A stretch of DNA of 64,000 bases from Channa argus (taxonomy: Eukaryota), in NCBI RefSeq assembly GCF_033026475.1, contig NC_090205.1, positions 5,973,544 to 6,037,543 of the forward strand. The letters run 5' to 3'. A program made the position numbers and the translations under genes. Shown here one piece after another: positions 59,333-64,000 of this stretch. Numbering within the stretch: the stretch's first letter is position 1; each line of letters begins with the position of its first letter. The notes under the pieces were generated by a model. That model was not told the DNA's origin and ran no database searches. It saw only the letters and a program-made list of their open reading frames with translations.

Positions 59333-61715
59333 TTTAAAAATCAGCGGGGGAAAGTGACTTATTTAGACATCTACAAGGACTTTTTTGTGTTAGTTACATT
59401 TCTGACGGACCTTAGTCAGACTTTTTTGTAGAGTAACTAGGTTTGAGCTTCACTCCACCTCGCTCATTTGTAAAATGCTAAAAAGTGGGCATGGGGCTAT
59501 AAAGGAGAAAAAGAGGGTCTCAGAGGGCGGTGGGCAGCAGATCTGCAAGAGGGAGTTGGTCAGTGTGACATGACCAGAGAAAAATGGAGAATGATTCAAA
59601 ATCACAGGGCAGCTAAAGTACACAGGGCTCTTTTAATGTGAAGGACATTTTCCATCCAGAATCCACTACAGCAGGAACAGCCTGGTGTGGCAGGTTACAT
59701 TTCACCCTACCCCTGCCCCCAGAGGGGTCTCTAGCCTGTGAATGACACCAATACAGCCCCAGTGACCAGATCAGACCAAAAGCCAAACTGAGTAGCATGG
59801 TTGAGGGCAGTAGAGGGCATTTCCTGTGCAAATTTAAAGCACATAATATAGGATTCAAATACTTTGCCCTAAAATGTCAAGATTTGGACCTGAATAAATT
59901 GACAACATTAAATACCCATAAACATGGATTTTGAGCTGAACAAGGTGTTTGGGGGTTTAGTTACTCTTTACCAAAATTGACACTAGTCAATAGCTTCTTA
60001 AAATGAAAATGTCCTTATTTAACCAGTCCTCACATTTACAGTCACAAAAGTTAAGTAAACCACTGCACCTGCTCTTTGGCACCGTCTATGACCACCAGAT
60101 CTGCACCTCTGCATCTGCAGTCTTCTCTGTCTTTTGTCCAAGAACCAGACTCACAGTGTTTTAGTTCTTTGGAACAAGGGCTTTACAGTATGTCTCTGAT
60201 TTCTTACAAGTTGAAAGCAGGAAGACATTTAACCACCAACAGGCTTTTCCATATGGATAATAGCACTACAGGTTCTGTTAACACCAGCTTGAAAGATCCT
60301 GAATCAATCCTTTAAAATATTACTGTCTTCTGTCATAGTGGTGACATTCTGATCTTGTTTGATGTCTTATTTACTTTTGATTTAATTTTCAGATTGTGAA
60401 ACTGTGATAATTGATTCAGCTTTTAAGTTACTTTTCAAACAGAATCTGGTCAGAAGCTTAAATACGTCCTTTAAACATGTTATTAAAGAGAATAATCATT
60501 AGCTGCACCCCTAAACTAAACCCAACATGCTGGTCTGGCAAACTACAGAAGAAGACGATGACGACCACGGACCTTGAGCGGAGAGCTCTGGAACAGCAAG
60601 CATCCATCAGTGAGTGTTACGTGTTAGGGTGTTAGGACTCACTTTAACCAGGTGGAGAGGCCCAAACGAAGAGAACACCCCCACCAACCTGTCCTGGAAA
60701 ATACATACAGGTACCATTGTACCATTAAACATGTCAAATATCAGCTGATAAAATGTGGGAAAGTGTTTGTCTGCATTTGAATCATGTTCCAACACAGAAA
60801 TAAATGCACAGTAAATGCTCACTACTGATGGACCTCGATACTGGAGGTAAATATGTTCAGGGTTTCAAGGGTTTTAGTGCTTAGTTTTTATAATAAAGGT
60901 GTTTGAGAATCTGCAAATACTGCCGGAAATCTAAACTTTGCATGTTGTAGAGCCCCACAATGATTAATTTTTTTCATTTATACATGAATGATGCTGGTAC
61001 GGAATCAAAAAAGTTTAAATTAAGTGGAAAGGAGAAATTCAAAAGGGGAAAAAGTATTAATAATTAATTATTAATAATAGAACATGCATCTATGAACAGT
61101 GTTATTATTCCAAATCCCTTCCAATGTGACTGTAACCCTGTTAAAGAAGGAACCCTGGCATACTGTTAAACGTTTAATAAGTATAAAAATATTAATATTA
61201 TTCTAGAGAGTGTGGGTTATATAAACCCTGAAACTGTTTAAATCAACTCTGAAAGGAAGAGACTCTTAAAGAAACGATTCTGGTTAAGGAAATAAAGCCA
61301 AAACAAATCTAAAGCGCAGTTTTTTTGTGCATGAATTTATGGAATAAACTACAGAATGATATAGAAATTTGTATGACTCACTAGATTTAAGAAAATGGGA
61401 CAGAAACTGGCAGTTGTGTTAAGAGCTACTTTTTGTAAGTGAAATCGTACTTTGAACTTTTTGTAAGAGTAGTGCTATTTATGGTATCATGTACAGATAC
61501 TAATATTAGTTTGATTGCAAACTTTTTTATTCGAGAGTAACTAGTTACTATTTCATCAAACAAAAGGCTGATCTGAAAGTTTTTTATTTTAAAAAAATGT
61601 TGCTTGTTTACTACGGTGCTCAGTGATACACTACCAATGATTGAATTCACAGTGACATCTGACCTGAGAACATTTTGGAATGAGATTTTCTAAACTGGAT
61701 ATGTGTAGTTTTTTT

Positions 61716-61830
61716 GGGTGACCGTGGCTCAGTTGGTAGAGTGCCACCTTCTGACCATAGGGTTAAAACTTACAGTGTCTGTCCCTGGGCAAGACAATGA
61801 ACCCCAAACAGCCCATCTGTATGGAAGTAG
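61716..61830 (+). mobile_element. 5'-partial copy of the same tRNA-derived SINE family.
   Basis: gtgaccgtggctcagttggtagagtgccacc...gtctgtccctgggcaagacaatgaaccccaaacagcccat parallels 62735-62860. Confidence 0.55.
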
Positions 61831-62734
61831 AACAGTAGCAAAATTATTTATATGTGTACAGGGATTTGTGTGTCTGTGCTGGGATTTGTGTCTGTACACA
61901 ATTCTGTAACTGTGAATAGTATTTGTGTGTATGTTAAATAATGTGCAGATGTATTCACTCAAATAACTAACTGTAAATGGCCAATAATTAGAGAAAACAA
62001 TTAGGTTATAAGCAAAAGTGCTGGAAAGCCTCACAATTGTGATTTTATCGGTGGAATTTTGCTACTGTTCTTCCGTCTGCAAGATGAGTGTGCGCGTAAA
62101 CCAATTAGTGTGTTTTGAAAGTTTTGTTTGCCCTCAGCTCGGGCTCCCAGGCTCAGCCTTACAGCCAGAGTACGGTTCAGGTCACAGTTTGCCTTACAGT
62201 CCGCGCTCAGGCTTAGTGAAGAACACATGAAGCTCCGAGGCCGGTCAGTAAAGCCAGTGCTGGACGGAGGACAGAGGACACATAATACATGTAATATGAT
62301 TAATTTGGCTTTCTAGCCATTGCTGCATAGAGTAACAGTACTGCAATACACAACTATACATATCCATTATATTTTCATAGTATTTGTATGTGATAGGCAC
62401 AGATACAAATACACCAATGTTAACCTTTCTGCATTTCAAAACTGGTTTACTGACTGTAGCTCCTCTATTCCACCTGGGAAACAGCCTTTTTACAGGTACA
62501 GGTGTATGAAGGCAGATGGATAAACTTGCCAAGTAGCTTCTGAGCTACATGGCACAGACAGTCCATGCATGAAGGTCTTGGGCCCCAAAGTTTAAATATC
62601 AAGGCTAAAATGTATCATAACTGGTGAAATGATCTGTGGTCTACTAAAACTGAAAGTATCATCACTAGTAAAATTTATAGCTACAGTCCACTGTTCATAT
62701 GTGAATCCAAACCTTCAATCTAGAAAGGTAAGGG

Positions 62735-63025
62735 GGGAGGCTGTAGCTCAGTTGGTAAAAGGCAGTCGTCCACAGACCACAGGGTCAGTGTTCAATCCCC
62801 AGCCCCGGCTATATATCAAAGTGTCTCTGGGCAAGACACTGAACTCCTAACAGCCCAGTCCCCTCCCCAGCTGTGCAGTGCCAGTCCAAGCCCGGTAGTA
62901 ATTTGGTGGATGTTGTGTCAGGAAGGGTTTCTGGAATAAAAACTGGGCCAAATCAACATGCTGACAATGATCCGCTCTGGTGACCCTGAACTCACGGGAT
63001 AAGCCGAAAGGACAATAAAAAAAAA
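62735..63025 (+). mobile_element. Full-length tRNA-derived SINE (~290 bp) with a poly(A) tail.
   Basis: The tRNA-like head is ggctgtagctcagttggtaaaaggcag...gggtcagtgttcaatcccc, with A-box and B-box-like sequences but no intact cloverleaf. The body is gtgtctctgggcaagacactgaactcctaacagccc. The conserved tail is ccaaatcaacatgctgacaatgatccgctctggtgaccctgaactcacgggataagccgaaagg followed by A11. A partial copy lies at 61716-61830, and an inverted tail copy at 2524-2610. Confidence 0.7.
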
Positions 63026-64000
63026 AAATATCTAGACAGGTAAGATTAACCTCAGAGCTGTGGGTGTGGACCAATTTTACCTACTAGTCTGGCCTTATTA
63101 AAGCTTTACTCATGAAAAGGTATAATTTCTTGTTTAGTAGAGTCTTTATTACAATGTGACTACTGGAGCACATGATGCTGGAGCTCTTCAGTGAATGTTG
63201 CCTTTGTGTTTCACAGGTCTATTTGCTTGCACTTTGAGTCCCAGAACTTGTTCACCTGTTCACGCTGGCAACACGTACGAGCATCTGAGGTAAATTTACT
63301 ACACACTTTGTGAAAAAGGTCCTCACTGAACTCTCGATCACCATCTATTTAACATATTTTAAAGAGTCTGGAGAGGCATCTGGGATCAGTGCTTTGGGTG
63401 CTCCTTTGATATCACACAAAACTATTCAAACATGTTATTTCCCATTTTGTTTATTCACTTTATTAGGCTACACTTTTCTTGAAATGATATTTAACAGAAT
63501 TTGGTGAAGAGATGTCCTGATTCAACAGTGTTTAACTATAAATTGTCATGAAAATTGTCATCACGCCATACAGTGATATATATATATAAACTGTGGAAGA
63601 ATTTGAGGTAAGATTTCCATGTTGGATAGCTGTCATAGATAATCAGTTTTGCCACACGCCTAAGGATCAGAGTGAGACCTCAGAGACAGCTCTGTTTAGC
63701 AACAGCGAACAACACCCACTGTCTGGAAAAGCTCTTGATTCCAGAAAGAATAAGATTCAGGGAAATCAAATGCACATTAAGAAATACTGTTTGACAGTAG
63801 AACTACTGTAATTAACGACTCCAAAATATGCATTTTATGTACTTTTGTTTCTAATCTTAGTGATGACTTGACTAAATTTATGTTTCTGTCTGAGTCTGAC
63901 CCCGTGTTTTAAGTGTACACGCTTTCTTCTCTACTCATGTACTAAAATTTCAGCAGTGGGTGCTACTGTATGTACAATGTAAATGCTAATTGAAATAGAT

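Noticed and set aside
62735-62815. Possible tRNA gene (ggctgtagctcagttggtaaaaggcag...gttcaatcccc)
   Set aside because: The D-stem and anticodon arm do not pair into a cloverleaf. The sequence continues into a conserved SINE body and A-tail, and a second partial copy exists. It was called as a SINE head. The same reasoning applies to 58540-58710 and 61716-61790.

Overview
This is a eukaryotic window, almost certainly teleost-fish genomic DNA. The evidence is GT-AG introns, abundant microsatellites, fish-type SINE/LINE/Tc1 relics and no prokaryotic gene organisation. There are no CRISPR arrays or rRNA/tRNA genes; the tRNA-like stretches are SINE heads.

The first ~20 kb looks gene-poor: microsatellites, a LINE reverse-transcriptase relic, dispersed fish repeats and one unexplained 174-codon ORF on the minus strand.

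The centre (about 20.3-42.6 kb, + strand) holds a complete parp4 orthologue (vault poly(ADP-ribose) polymerase). I count 34 exons encoding about 1770 aa:
- a CpG-rich promoter and non-coding exon 1;
- BRCT, PARP catalytic, VIT and vWA domains;
- a 1.1-kb Ser/Pro-rich exon;
- the C-terminal MVP-binding region.
One intron contains an internally deleted Tc1-like transposon.

Downstream (about 42.9-57.8 kb) is a tandemly duplicated pair of type II, QPD (galactose-type) C-type lectin genes of the CLEC4 / ASGPR / MGL type. Copy A carries a ~2.56-kb transposon insertion with 10-bp terminal inverted repeats in intron 1. The empty site is visible in copy B within this same window. Copy A also has an extra in-frame neck mini-exon.

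Between the two copies, on the minus strand, lie decayed lectin exons (one with an in-frame stop). A further 1.3-kb segmental duplication sits at 51.6-52.9 kb and 58.8-60.2 kb. The last 4 kb contain tRNA-derived SINEs.

All splice boundaries were read by eye and should be treated as +/-2 nt.
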